Positions 27,101 to 38,969 of a stretch of 64,000 nucleotides of DNA are shown piece after piece. The notes beneath the pieces were generated by a model. That model had not been told where the DNA came from. It saw only the letters and a list, made by a program, of their open reading frames with translations, and ran no database searches. Every line of letters begins with the position of its first letter. Within the stretch, counting starts at the first letter, position 1. Position numbers and translations under genes: made by a program. This DNA is from Tubiluchus corallicola. Lineage: Eukaryota; Animalia; Priapulida. The stretch is taken from positions 124,001 through 188,000 of the forward strand of contig JAQGDQ010000282.1 in assembly GCA_030141605.1 (NCBI GenBank). The letters are read 5' to 3'.

Positions 27101-30100
27101 ACATTAGATCCGACAGGCCTTTTCTAGTCAAAGATCACCTCTATGATATGCCGATTAGGGCTATAGAATTTCATTCATCCCAAGATCTGATCGTGTCAAT
27201 GGATACAAAAATTATTAAGTTTTGGAATCAGCATACAGTAAGAAATGCCTAACTTTATCTGCTCAAAATAAAGAATCTTGTGATGTTTGGCATCATACAT
27301 TTATTGTTTCTTGAAGTTTTCATATGCCTCTTTTGTAGGTGTAACATTTTCTAATTTTAAATATTGCTAGTCTAAAGAAGGCAATGCATCTTTTCTGTTC
27401 ACTTTTTTAGGGTAAAGCGTTCACGTCAATCGAACCTGATAACGACCTAAACGACTTGTGCTTAGTACCTGATTCTGGGTTGATGTTTATCGCAAATGAA
27501 GCACCAAAGCTTCTCTCATATTATATACCGGTGAGTTTTCTTAGCCTCTTCACTGCCATGCAATTTGTATTGTAGCTGTCGTAGGGAAAAAAGTTGGAAA
27601 GTAAAAGTTGCTTCTGTTACAGGTTTCTGCAAGTCTTGCTATATCACCATCATATAACCAACAGTTTTATTCTCAAAACTTTTGTTGCAACCACCACACA
27701 TAGCTGTCCCCCCCCCCCCCATAGCTTCCGCTGCTACTGCCGTTATCACGAGCACCACCATTTCACCAACACCATCTTCATCACGTCACTTCAAAAGTAG
27801 TTTTATTTTGTGTGTGTTACAACTCAAAGCACCTTCCTGGCAAAATATAGGGTACAAAACAACAACAGGTACAGCACAGCAAACTGCAGCATACATTCAG
27901 TAACAACTTTAATCTTTTCTGCAAGTTTTGCCAACATTTTTGGCTGTAAGCATTTTGTGGTCTGTGTAGTAATTTTTTGTTTAACAAAGGAGCCTGATTC
28001 ATGAAGTGTGTTTGGCGCATGCAGGTATCATTGCTACTGACATATGAGTCAGTGAATTTGCTTATATTAGACATGACAGTACAATCTTATCGTACAGGCC
28101 ATGATAGGAAATCCTTGTCATACAGGCCGTGGAGTGGTTAACTTTAATCATTTATTTGTATTGCTCATTGTTTATGGGAACAGGCTGAAATTTATTACTA
28201 CAATGCAGGTTTTGGCTAAAGTTTCCCTATGGCCCACACCCAAGAAATTAGTTCGTGAAGTGGATTAGGATTAGGATTAGGGTTAAGGTTAGTGTTAGGG
28301 ATTAGATTAGGTTGGGTTAGGGTTAGAGCTAGGGTTAAGGTTAGGGTTAGGTTTAGGGTATTTGAATTGTGTGGTGAATTGTAAACTACTTCCTAAGTTT
28401 ATATCTAGTAATTTAGTTTAGACATTTTACATTTAAGTAAATTACTTTATCTTGTTGTATTTACTTTGTGAGTTGCTGTTTACTTCTGATGATTACTTAT
28501 GCAGTAAAGTATGTATTTAATGCATTAGGAAGTTTTGTTGCCTTTGTGTCTGTATTAGCGTTTACACATTGCTTAGAAACTGTCCTTTTATCTTCGCAGC
28601 ATTTTTCACCTCAGTTTCGAAATGAAAAGCTTTATTGCGAAGTCTTCTAGACGTAGTCAGTTCTTTCTCTAGTTTAGTCGAATTAATGAGATTTTATATG
28701 GCTAAAATTCGCTCAAACCATTCTTCGCTATTGCTGTCGTGATTGAGTAATGTTATAGTGTTATAGTGTTTATTATTGGAAACCTAGCCACTGGGGGGGG
28801 GGGGGGGGCAAGCCAGCCCAACTCAGGGCCAGTCCCAAGCCCGGATAAATAGGGAGGGTTAGGGTCAGGAAGGGCATCCGCCTGTAAAAACTGCGCCAAA
28901 ACCTTCTATGAATGAGTATCAAAGAAGTGGTCAGACCCGCTCTAATCTATGGGCTGGAAGCAGCTTCTCTAAAGAAGACCGAAGAGAAGAAAATGGGTGT
29001 GGTGGAGATGAGGATGTTGAGATGGATGGTGGGAATAACAAGAAGAGATAAAATTAGAAACAATGTCAGAGGAACAGTAAAAGTAGTGGAAGCCTCGCAA
29101 GATTGCGATGATATGGACACCTGAAAAGAAGAGTCGGTGAAGATCATTTGGGAAGGGAAGACATAAATGAAGAGATGGTCAACAACAGGAATGCGTGGAG
29201 AAGACTCATTCACAACGGCGACCCCGCATAGGGAAACGCTGGGAAGAAGAAGAAGAAGAAGAAGTGTTTATTATTGGAAGATCACTTTTGTTGGTCAGGA
29301 AAGCAGGATAACCGCATCATAGTAGCCATTTGTACAAATACGAAAGGGATGGAGCAAAAATGGATGAAGATGTGGTTATTGCTTAAAAATTTTTAGCTAC
29401 CCAGTATAAAAAGTGCTACCGGGATTCTGTTGACACACTCTTAAGATGATCTTAAGTCACTCAAGACATGCTGCAGAAGCTTAAGATGAGGTTCCAGTCG
29501 TACGAACCAATTGCTAACATGTGGTAGTAGTACCAGTAATAAAATTTTATTTTCAGTCGGTTAGCGATGATAAAATAAAACATTAGCTAATATAGTTATT
29601 TGCCGACAGTAAAGAGTTTTGAATATAACACATTAATTTCTATATTTTTGCTGATTTTGACTCCAAAAGACGAAACAGCTTGCAGTATAGGGAAGAATAA
29701 GCACAGTTAAGTGGCCTGTGTCTTAATGCAGAATAATGGAGGTTAAACATTAATTGTTTATTTATTAAGGCAATTGGACCGGCACCAAGATGGTGTTCAT
29801 TTCTTGATAACATCACAGAAGAAATGGAAGAAGATGAAATGCCTACAAGTAAGTTTGACTTGTTTCTGATTTTTTTGTGATGATTGAAAAACGCAGTTGG
29901 AATTCGCCTGGAACTCAAGCGTTTATATGTGTTTATAAAGTTTAAAAGTGTCTGCTTTGTTGCAGTGTGTTGCACTCTGATGAACATTCCAATGCAAACT
30001 TCTGATCAGGTGCCAGAGATGTGAGTTCTGCGGATTTGCGGATCTGCGGACTCGCACTGCTTGCAGACCCGGCAGAGTCACAGATCCAGCCTATTTGTTA

Positions 30101-33100
30101 ACTATAGTTTGTGGATCTGGCTCCAAAGTTGGAATATTAAGCTTTCTGAGAGCTTATTCCAGTTTTTTCCAATGCACAAGCCAAAAACGTTCATAACTAG
30201 TGCTCAGTAACCAGTTTCACTCGCAAAAACCCTCTTTGTCACTAACTGAGCTCAATCAGTGTCTCAATTTTAGGATTATTATTGTTTTTTGATGTTGATC
30301 TCAGCCGAGTTATTATATATAGTCAGCGGATTTTGCGGTACCATTCTTTGTGGCCCCTGCGGATTTGCGAAGCCCAAAATAATTGGGTCTCTGTCACTCT
30401 GTTGGGTGCTATATAAATTTAATTTCATAGCAGTGTGTTTTGGCTGTTGTTATATTATTACTTTTGCCATCTGTTAACCCTATAATATGGAGTTGGTGTT
30501 ATTTTTGCCAGTGCCTGCTGTCCTTGCATCTTGCTGTGCCTTTACGAATGTGTCAGGTGCTGTGGTTAGAATTACCTACTTTGTTTTTTCTTTAGTTTAT
30601 GATGATTACAAGTTCGTAACTATGAATGATTTGGAGAATCTTGGTTTAAGTCATCTTCTTGGAACGAATCTGCTGCGAGCTTATATGCACGGTTTCTTCA
30701 TTGACCTTAAGTTGTATAACAAGGTAACCTTGAATAGTATAAATAGTAACCGTGTTCAGTGTTCAAAATACAGAATATCAAAGCTTTTAAATGTTCCTGG
30801 TTAATAAATGTGTAGTTGGTGTTTTTTAACTAATGGCTATCAATGTGGTTTTTCTGAATTTTAGGTCAAACATCTTAGTCCTTTAACTAAAAATTATGCT
30901 ACACTGTTTACGTTTATAGTAAAATTTTGGCATCGTTACATATTTGGTGGAAACACCCATGCAGATTAAATCTAAATCTTGTTTTCAGAGGCATTGTTTA
31001 TTTAAGTTCTTGGATGTACTAAGTTTTTGTCTCTAATCTAATATAACCTAATTTCTACTTTACTTCACTTTGTCAAGTTACTCTATCTTATTCTGAGTTT
31101 TAGCTTACTGTTATTGTTACTGTTACTGTTACTGATTTACATGTAGCCTGTAACTTCAAAACTTATGATCTTAGCATTTTCAGCTTTGCGTTTTTAAATC
31201 TGTACTTGTGTTCTCATCTTGTTTGCCACTGACATGGTTTCTTACTATTTGATAAAGTTTTCACGATATTTTTGTGGTGTTTATGATAGTAGCGAATGCA
31301 TGTAATCCTTGTTAGCAAGCCTTTATCATGACTGTGATGCTCCACATGAATTTGGCAGTTGTAAATACATCTTTGTCTTTTATCTCGTACCTTTGTTGTT
31401 ATAGTAATTTGAACTGACTAAAACCTAACCTTATCTAACTAGGGATATGCTGATCTGATAAATAACTCGTGATCAGCAAGTAAACTTGCATATCAGAACA
31501 GTTCGGATATTTTGCTGATACAGTCAACCCTCGTTAAACCGGACTAATTGGGGGGTGGGGTGGTCCGGTTTAGCCGACTGTCCGATTTATCCGATATGCC
31601 TATATATGGTCTATATTATACAGGAATAATCACCTAATAAGGCCTATATACATTGCACTATATACTATACTGTATATTACTTTAAAATAGTTAACTTGTG
31701 AGGATAAAGAAATTGTACAGTTGGTAGGCCGTGTTGTGTTTAGCGCTCCGGCTCGGGCGGAAATCGGTCAGTTTCCTTTACCACGGATGACGTCCGTTTT
31801 ATCCGATACCCGGGCTAACGGGGTCCAGTTTAACGAGGGTCGACTGTATTTGGTAATCCTGGCAATGGTAACATTGCAATTAATTGAAAATAAGTCATAA
31901 TTTGACTATATAATTTGTTTGACAATTAAAAAAATGTATAGAAAAGTAACAAAGCAGTTAATTGCCAGAGGACGGTTTTTATTTTTTGTAACGCAGTATG
32001 ACGTGTTAACTTTCAGTTGTAATTACATGCTTATTCCCTACTTCTGAGATGTGCAGTTAAGGCTGTTAATTTGGGTTATCGGTCTTAAATTTTGTGCAAA
32101 GCAATCAAATTACAAATTATCAGCTTTTGTCACCTATGTTAAATCTTAAAGTTTTTGCCCGATTAAACCTTTTGTCACTAGCGTCTAATGGATAGTGAAT
32201 GATTTGAAACAAACACTTACAGTCATTAATATTTCCAAAAATTCTTTCTGTATTTAATATAATCACAATCTTAAATTCACTGCCCTGCTAGAGCAGTTGT
32301 AGTGTCATCATATAGGGTTAGGTCTGAGATTGGATGGGATAAAAGATCCGATCAGATCAGCCAATACGTAAAAATAATTGGATTGGATTGAAACTCAAGT
32401 TTCCGTATCGACATCTCCAGATCTAACCTGAACTGTTGTTGAGGTAACAATTCAATAAAAGTTTACTTGTACTTTTCTTTTGTACAGGCAAAATCAATTA
32501 CAGACCCCTTTGCATATGATGACTATAGAAAGAAGAAGATCAGAGAGAAGATTGAAGAGGAACGAGCCAACCGAGTGAAACTTAAGGTAGTGCTTAAGAA
32601 CCACTGATATATATTCTTTTAAAAAATAATAATGTGTAGTTTATAAATATTTATTTTTTATTTTGACCCATTCATGAGCTGATTTTATGCATAAAATTAT
32701 TAATTGGATAAAAATCTTTTTTACAGCTACTTGTACTTAACACACTCATGACATTGCCAGGTTTCAAAAAATTTTATTATAGTTTGTGATCTTTTTAATT
32801 TCAGAAATTGCCAAAAGTTAACAGGAATCTGGCTCAGAAATTGTTGGAAGTTGAAGAGGATCCAAGTGTTAACAAGAAGAAAAAGGCATTTTCAGAGACT
32901 ATGACTCTTTGTTTACCTCTTATTAACATTGGTTTTAAGAAATTAATGCTGTGTTTGTTGTGTTTTTGATGAGTTATGCTATTTAAAGTGAATAGCAGCT
33001 ACATCACTAGAAGAAGATTAATTAATATCTCTTAAAACAGCACTGAGGATAAAATATGATTGGCATCAAAATGTAGTTTGGACATTGCTAATAACCGTAT

Positions 33101-36100
33101 CATATTTAAAAATTGACGAAAAGCTTTGTATAGGCAGAATTAAGCTGTTTAGCTTTCGCACGACTTCACTGATATCTCTGACACATTTAATAATACGTGC
33201 CCGTGTGCGGTAAAACACAAAAAAATACTGCTGTACCAGAAGTTTTCAACAGAAGCATAAAATTACATGTTTTATATATGTGTGTGTGCGTGCGTGCGTG
33301 CATGGTCAAAAAATGTCACGTAAGGATGTAATAAATTTTTTTATTTAAACTAGTTTATTTTCTTCTAACTCACATGTATTGAAATTGCTGACATCATTAG
33401 AAACTGTAGAAAAGAAAAACACTTATTCACCCAACTTTGAGCTAGCATCGAATACCATGATGTCTGAATACTTCAAAAAGCAAAGTTCTGCACCATCTGT
33501 AATTCTTTGCTTCATAGACATTTTTTTCAGGAAACCTCTTTTGTTGCTTTTCTGTATAATGGAAAAAGTTTTCCCGGAAGAAGAGCCTAGCCTATATAGA
33601 CATTGTAATCAGGCACAGCTAGCCTACTTCTCATTAGCATGCTTTTGGGGAAAAATAATGTCTCTTTGGTGTTTACTTCAGTAAAATGTTGCAAAACGTT
33701 TCAAGTGTTGACGCTAGATAAAAATTCATAGTTTTCTAATTGCTTTAGTGAACTCAGTGTGGTTTGGAAAAAGTCTAACAATTTTCCAGAAAAGACTTTT
33801 CTAGAAAAAAATTTTTAAGAAAAAACTCTGCACATTTCACAGAAAAAACATTTCTCAGACAGATTTTTAACAGTCATGGTTATGTTTTTAATCGCAAGAT
33901 TTGCTAGCGCATAGTAGTACATTGCAGTAGGCGTGGACAAAGCTGTATTTTGAGCTTAACATAAAAAGGGCCTTCAGTGTTGCTTTAAGCATTAAATACC
34001 TGCATAAGCATTAATAAAAAATATTATTAATTAATTATTTATTAATTATTAACCTGGTTAAGGTGTGTCTACTTGAAACTTCTAGAGCATGAGAGATCGT
34101 TATCTGTGTCAACTTTAAATTTTTTCAGCATCAAAACTTTTTTTATTTAAACTAGTTTATTTTCTTCTAACTCACATGTATTGAAATTGCTGACATCATT
34201 AGAAACTGTAGAAAAGAAAAACACTTATTCACCCAACTTTGAGCTAGCATCGATTACCATAATGTCTGAATACTTCAAAAAGCAAAGTTCTGCACCATCT
34301 GTAATTCTTTGCTTCATAGACATTTGTTTCAGGAAACCTTTTTTGTTGCTTTTCTGTATAATGGAGAAAGTTTTCCCGAAAGAAGAGCCTAGCCTATACA
34401 GACATTGTAATCTGTCACAGATAGCCTAGTTCTTATTAGCATGTTTTTGGGGGAAAATAATGTCTCTTTGGTGTTTACTTCAGTAAAATGTTGTAAAACG
34501 TTTCAAGTGTTGACGCTAGATAAAAATTCATAGTTTTCTAATTGCTTTAGTGAACTCAGTGTGGTTTGGAAAAAGTCTAACAACTTTCCAGAAAAGATTT
34601 TCACGTTTTTTAAGAAAAAACTCTGCACTTTTCACAGAAAAAACATTTCCCAGACAGATTTTTTAACAGCCATGGTTATGTTTTTAATCGCAAGATTTGC
34701 TAGCTCATAGTAGTACATTGCAGTAGGTGTGGACAAAGCTGTGTTTTGAGCTTAACATTAAAAGGGCCTTCAGTGTTGCTTTAAGCATTAAATACCTGCA
34801 TAAGCATTAATAAAAAATATTATTAATTAATTATTTATTAATTATTAACCTGGTTAAGGTATGTCTACTTGAAACTTCTAGAGCATGACAGATCGTTATC
34901 TGTGTCAACTTTAAATTTTTTCAGCATCAAAATTTTTTCTGAAAAACAAGGGTTTCACGGGGCCTGTGGTTTTTTTGTGACAGTCGAAAATTTTCGAAAC
35001 CCAACAGTTGTCAAAAAATTCTCGCGATTATAAATTTGTTGTCCGTGACATGTTGTCAATCATTCAACATGTTTGGCAACTTCTGCAACACTTGTGCTGT
35101 GAGCGGTGTGATGCGCGACATTTGCTCGACTACATTGCGATCATTTCACGACCACTTCACAAAATTTTCAAGGGACAACCGAGATTATCCAAATGTCACA
35201 AAAATGTTGAAAAATTGTCGCTAAGTTGTTGTAGTACTCTCAAAATTGTTTCAAAATATTTAGCCTGTCCAGTTTTAGCTGATTTTGAAATTGTTTTCGA
35301 ACATTGCGAATAACTGGCATCATATTTGCACAGATTTGGCAGGTAACTTTATGACAGTTTGGTGACAATGATGAGATGGCAAATTTTGCGAGTCTGGCGA
35401 TAACTGTAAACCTTTTAAATTTTTTGCTGCAGCCACTGAGCCTTTGGCAAGAACGGCAAATATGTTTTGACTATTTGGGGGAAATTTTGGAGCACATGTG
35501 GCGATTGTTGAACTTTTTCGGATAGTTGCAGGAAGTCACAAACCCCACTAAACCTTAGCTTGAATTGAGTTTTTTATTCATAATGTATAATACTCTAATA
35601 TAATAATTACAGCCACAAAATGCTTGATAAAAACATTTTGTTTCATTAACATTTTTTGCTTTGCAGAATGCAGTGAGTTTGCTGCGTGACGACCGGTTTA
35701 AAGCCATATTTGAAAATCCTGATTTCCAAGTGGATGAAACTAGCGAAGAATATCGGCTATTAAATCCAGTTGTTTCCAAATTAGAGAAATTAAAGGAAAA
35801 ACAGAGGAAACGAGATAACAAAGTAATAGAAATGCAGTTTGATGAAATCGAGGTAGGCGTACGTTGAAATAATGTATTGTAAATAATTTGTTACGGTATT
35901 GAACACTAATATGTAAAAGCTAGGCTAGGTTGTTAAAATGCCTTTTATAATTTCATACATAGCCATAAATATCGACTTTTGTAGAAATGCAATAGAGGCA
36001 AAGACAATGTGGCTCTAAGTGTTTTCAAATCTGTCATTTACAATAAATCATGCTGACTATGTATAATAACTGTAACAAAACTAATCCTTTCACTATGGAA

Positions 36101-38963
36101 GACGGCACACTGCCGCCTATGGTTTTCATGTAAGGGACGGAAGACGGCAGTCTGTCGCCACAAGCTCAGCAATAAGCATGGTGGTCTGTTTGTTTTGCTA
36201 CTACGGCCCTACAAAAACATTGTAGGAAAGTTTAACAGCATTGGGCTTGGGGTTGCTTCACAACAATTAACATTGACCAGCCATCCAGCATCTGAAGCCA
36301 GATTCATTTCTCAGTAATGTATTGTATGGTATGTTCTCATACAAAATCACTTGTTGATGGTTGATGAAATGTATGCTTAGTTGCTTGTTCTTATAAAATG
36401 ATTGCATAATATGGATTAGTATTATGACTTCTGTGAACTACTTAGAAAATTGGTTTCTAAATATAAGTACATTATATTTGCTAATTTGTGAAGGTTTGCA
36501 TGTGCGTGAGTGACTGCATGTAAGTGTGCATGTCTGTGTGTGCATGTGTACCAATGAAACTAATATTCAATATTAGTGTTTAATAACATGCAACTATTTA
36601 TTTACAAGATTCTGTTTTAGTAGCATGCATCGCAAGACGCATTACAGCCCAGTTAAAAAGCAACGACGTAGTGAAAGGGTTAATTTAGACTAGATCAACA
36701 TTGATAAGACATATCAGCTTGTATAATTTGTGCATTATTTATGTGTTATAACCCTTTTTCATATTTTTTATAGCCTGAGGGAAAGTCGAGTTCTGAAGAA
36801 AGTTCGTCAGATGACGAGCATGAATGGACTCAAGAAATGAAGAAGCAGCACAAATTATTGCAACATCAAGCCAAGATGCAGAGGCGAAAAGGTGATGAGG
36901 AAACAAAGCTGCAACCAAAATTTTATGAGATAAAAACCGGCCAAGAGTTTAGTAGTCTTCGTAATATAAAGAAGAAAAAGATGGCCAGGTAACTGCAATG
37001 TGTGCTTTTCTTGTTTTTCCATTCTGCTCATGTTAGCATTAATGCACTTAACGGCACTTACTCATTTGCAACTGTCCAACTTCCAAAGAACTAGTTGAAA
37101 AATTGTTACAAACTTTTTAAGTATAGTTAGTCCTCGCTTAACGTCATTCTGCTAGCGACGCTAATCTTTTGACACCTTTTTTAAAATAACCCCACATATT
37201 TCGTCTTAACGACGTTTTTTTCGTTAACTGCATTCGCACCCTGTAAATGAAGCCGACACTAAATTATTGTCAGGCAGTTAGATGTGGCTAGCATAGCACG
37301 ATGATAAATTCCTCTGGTCGCATTCACATCATTTGCCTTTTAGCTGTAACAACACAATACTGAAAGCAAGTCTGATAGAGAATGAAGCTCGAAAGTAAGA
37401 CTGTAAGCACGATGCATTGTTATAATTGCTGACTGAAAAATGGAAAAATTTTAGGAACCAGTCCAAGATTTTTTGTGAAAACATAGGAGGAGGAAAAAAG
37501 GGAGGAAAAATGGCTGAAGGAGAGCAACCAAATTTTGATTTTAGTTTTTGTACTCCAGTTATTCATTAGCTTTTTAATCAAACAAATGTGTAATATAGAA
37601 CTGTAAGCAATAAACCCCATAAAGTGTTTAATTTTTGAGTTTCGCATTGATTTTTCTTCTGCGGCATGACTGAATGCTTTTACGTAGCCGCCCTTCAATG
37701 ATTGTTGTCCCCCTGCGAGCAACTGAACACTTATACTAAAGGCAGAAAATCTTACAAATGCCCCTTTGACTAAAAGTCGACATCCTGGTGATGGACCTAG
37801 CTCAGAGACAATTACATAATCATCTAGAATCGAGGTGGGGGGATTGGAGCAAATAGTCTCCAAAGATTTGAAAAGTGAGACTTCTAAAATGAAATTTTAT
37901 TGGCATGTTCACCGCTTGTAATACAGTTGGCAATACAGTTGCTATATTCAAACGTTATTTCAGTTATTCTTACACACTCATTCATAGATTTAAGTGATTT
38001 TAAACACTTAACTTAATAAGATAATTTTACCTTATGCTAAGACGCTATTCCTCAAAATTTCCCAGAACTACACTAAGAAAGTAGCCCTTTGTTTTATTTA
38101 GCTGTTTGAAACTTGAAAACAATCATTCTGTAAAATATCTCACCTATCTAAGCGCTTAATTCTTATGTGTGGTTTTGCTTTTCTGCTGAAGGAAGTATTT
38201 TTGAGTGCCATAAAGTAATTAAACCAAGAAGTTTTTAAGATATTAGCAGTTTTTAAGATAGCTTGTGGCAAGGCCAGTTTCTACTGCAACTATAATAGTG
38301 CATTTAACAAAGCCAACCACAAATCAATGAGTCACCAAGATAACACTTTTAAGTTTAAACTATTATGTAGTGAGATTTTTAGTACTGCAGGTTAGAACTG
38401 CTAGATGGTTCTTTCTTTTTTTAACCGATTTGTAATTTACTATATCGAATGCTTAAAGTGCATAGTCTAGTCCATTACTCCTCTGGCAAATAGATTTCTA
38501 GTTCTTTTACCACTGTAATGAATAAACTGCTCAAAATTTAGATTTTTTGTAATCGTTTTAGCATGAGCCTAGCAGATAGGCTTCAAGAAGAACAGACTGT
38601 TCAAGTAGAGAAAGATACTGGCTTTGGTGGCAGAGAAATGACTTTCGCCTTGAAAAAGGTACGTTCACTTGTATTACAAATCTGTGTGCTATCTTTGCTC
38701 TTGCATTGTTTATTTTGAGTAATAGTGTTTAAATTAATTATGCAATTTGCAATTTGGTATTGTAGTTGCTGTAGCCAAACAGAAAAATCGGTTTAAATTA
38801 TTTTCTATTGATATCCTGTGTATTTTTCCAGAAGAAAAAGGAAGAAGAAAGAAAAATGCAAGAGGAGAAGCACTACGAAGAACGACGGAATGTTCGACGT
38901 TCGGCACATGGTATTATGGGAAAGCACAAGCCTAAATTCTGGATGGGGAAGCGAGTAAAATAG
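18111..38963 (+). CDS. NOL10: Nucleolar protein 10 (Enp2 orthologue; WD40 plus NUC153), 19 exons, 680 aa
   Basis: Exons: 18111-18176, 19298-19343, 20817-20915, 21253-21368, 21871-22007, 23600-23665, 24629-24689, 25177-25262, 26168-26246, 27088-27237, 27411-27530, 29770-29848, 30596-30723, 32488-32586, 32805-32885 (GC donor), 35667-35852, 36774-36988, 38562-38658, 38832-38963; total 2043 nt. Diagnostic peptides: MQVSTPNSVKIYNLSAGKSLPEWLSDRKKR, RRIELIQDFEMP, TGTYKPRVRCYD, GPAPRWCSFLDNITEE, LRAYMHGFF, DDRFKAIFENPDFQVDE. Confidence 0.97.
18330..18575 (+). mobile_element. CR1/L2-like LINE reverse-transcriptase fragment in NOL10 intron 1
   Basis: Degenerate translation LDKNKSQSPENIPVKF..LACPVITPAL..L.N..I....FPSCLKIAKVT matches the start of the CR1-group RT domain. 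Confidence 0.7.
18590..18668. mobile_element. pogo/Tigger-like MITE end fragment
   Basis: Ends in gttaagcgaggacttactg-TA (reverse: CAGTAAGTCCTCGCTTAAC). A related terminus tagttagtcctcgcttaacg occurs at about 37124. Confidence 0.55.
22238..22872 (+). mobile_element. Non-autonomous DNA element (PIF/Harbinger-like?), copy 1
   Basis: Termini aaaaccagg...cctggcttt in a TTAA/TAA context. Homologous in reverse orientation to 34945-35550 (tttttcaacattttgctgacattt versus aaatgtcacaaaaatgttgaaaaa). Confidence 0.6.
22875..23540 (+). mobile_element. Helentron-associated (HINE/DINE-like) non-autonomous element, degenerate
   Basis: T-rich start, ccgtc/ctg micro-repeat, aaaggtcaaaggtca motif and a gctct.gt end; resembles invertebrate HINEs. 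Pattern recognition only. Confidence 0.4.
28243..28393 (+). repeat. Degenerate (TTAGGG)n telomere-like tract (28265-28358) inside a short element with inverted ends
   Basis: About 15 TTAGGG/TTAGG variants flanked by agaaattagtt and aactacttcc. Confidence 0.75.
28782..29262 (+). mobile_element. Internally deleted (bipartite) RTE-clade non-LTR retroelement with a 17-bp TSD and (GAA)n tail
   Basis: Perfect TSD agtgtttattattggaa at 28765-28781 and 29263-29279. RTE-type 5' UTR motif gtcaggaagggcatcc..gtaaaa. ORF2 C-terminal peptide VVRPALIYGLE..EMRMLRWMVGITRRDKIRN. ggcgacccc 3' motif and (GAA)7 tail. Confidence 0.9.
30015..30393. mobile_element. hAT-like MITE, degenerate
   Basis: CAGAGAT...GTCTCTG termini and subterminal gcggatttgcgg repeats at both ends; no clear TSD. 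Confidence 0.4.
31440..32419. mobile_element. hAT-like non-autonomous element hosting a nested pogo MITE
   Basis: Termini tagggatatg / acatctcca, 8-bp TSD-like tatctaac / gatctaac, subterminal gatc.gat repeats. Confidence 0.5.
31521..31846. mobile_element. Tc1/mariner-pogo (Tigger-like) MITE, 326 bp
   Basis: 24-bp TIRs cagtcaaccctcgttaaaccggac / gtccagtttaacgagggtcgactg (2 mismatches) with a TA TSD on both sides. Confidence 0.92.
33336..34935. repeat. Recent tandem duplication, about 802-bp unit x2, in NOL10 intron 15
   Basis: Near-identical ORF starts at 33379 and 34181; the two copies are collinear through ...tttttcagcatcaaaa at about 34135 and 34932. Confidence 0.95.
34945..35552 (-). 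mobile_element. Non-autonomous DNA element, copy 2 (inverted relative to 22238-22872)
   Basis: Several collinear reverse-complement matches to 22240-22870. Confidence 0.6.
36085..36679. mobile_element. piggyBac-like MITE
   Basis: (C)TAA-tcctttcactatg ... cgtagtgaaaggg-TTAA: 13-bp TIR with a TTAA-type TSD; duplicated ggaagacggca subterminal motif. Confidence 0.75.
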
Positions 38964-38969
38964 AAGATT

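Noticed and set aside
29877-29980. Intronic C/D-box snoRNA candidate in NOL10 (GTGATGA ... CTGA)
   Set aside because: No terminal stem, no recognisable rRNA antisense element, and it lies only about 30 nt from the donor; chance motifs are likely. A snoscan or Infernal search would settle it.
33379-34429. Two paralogous small ORFs (101 and 82 aa)
   Set aside because: TTG starts, different stop positions and no motifs; by-products of the intronic tandem duplication.
37420-37863. 147-aa antisense ORF nested in NOL10 intron 17
   Set aside because: TTG start, no domain motifs, and it lies within degenerate transposon-like sequence.
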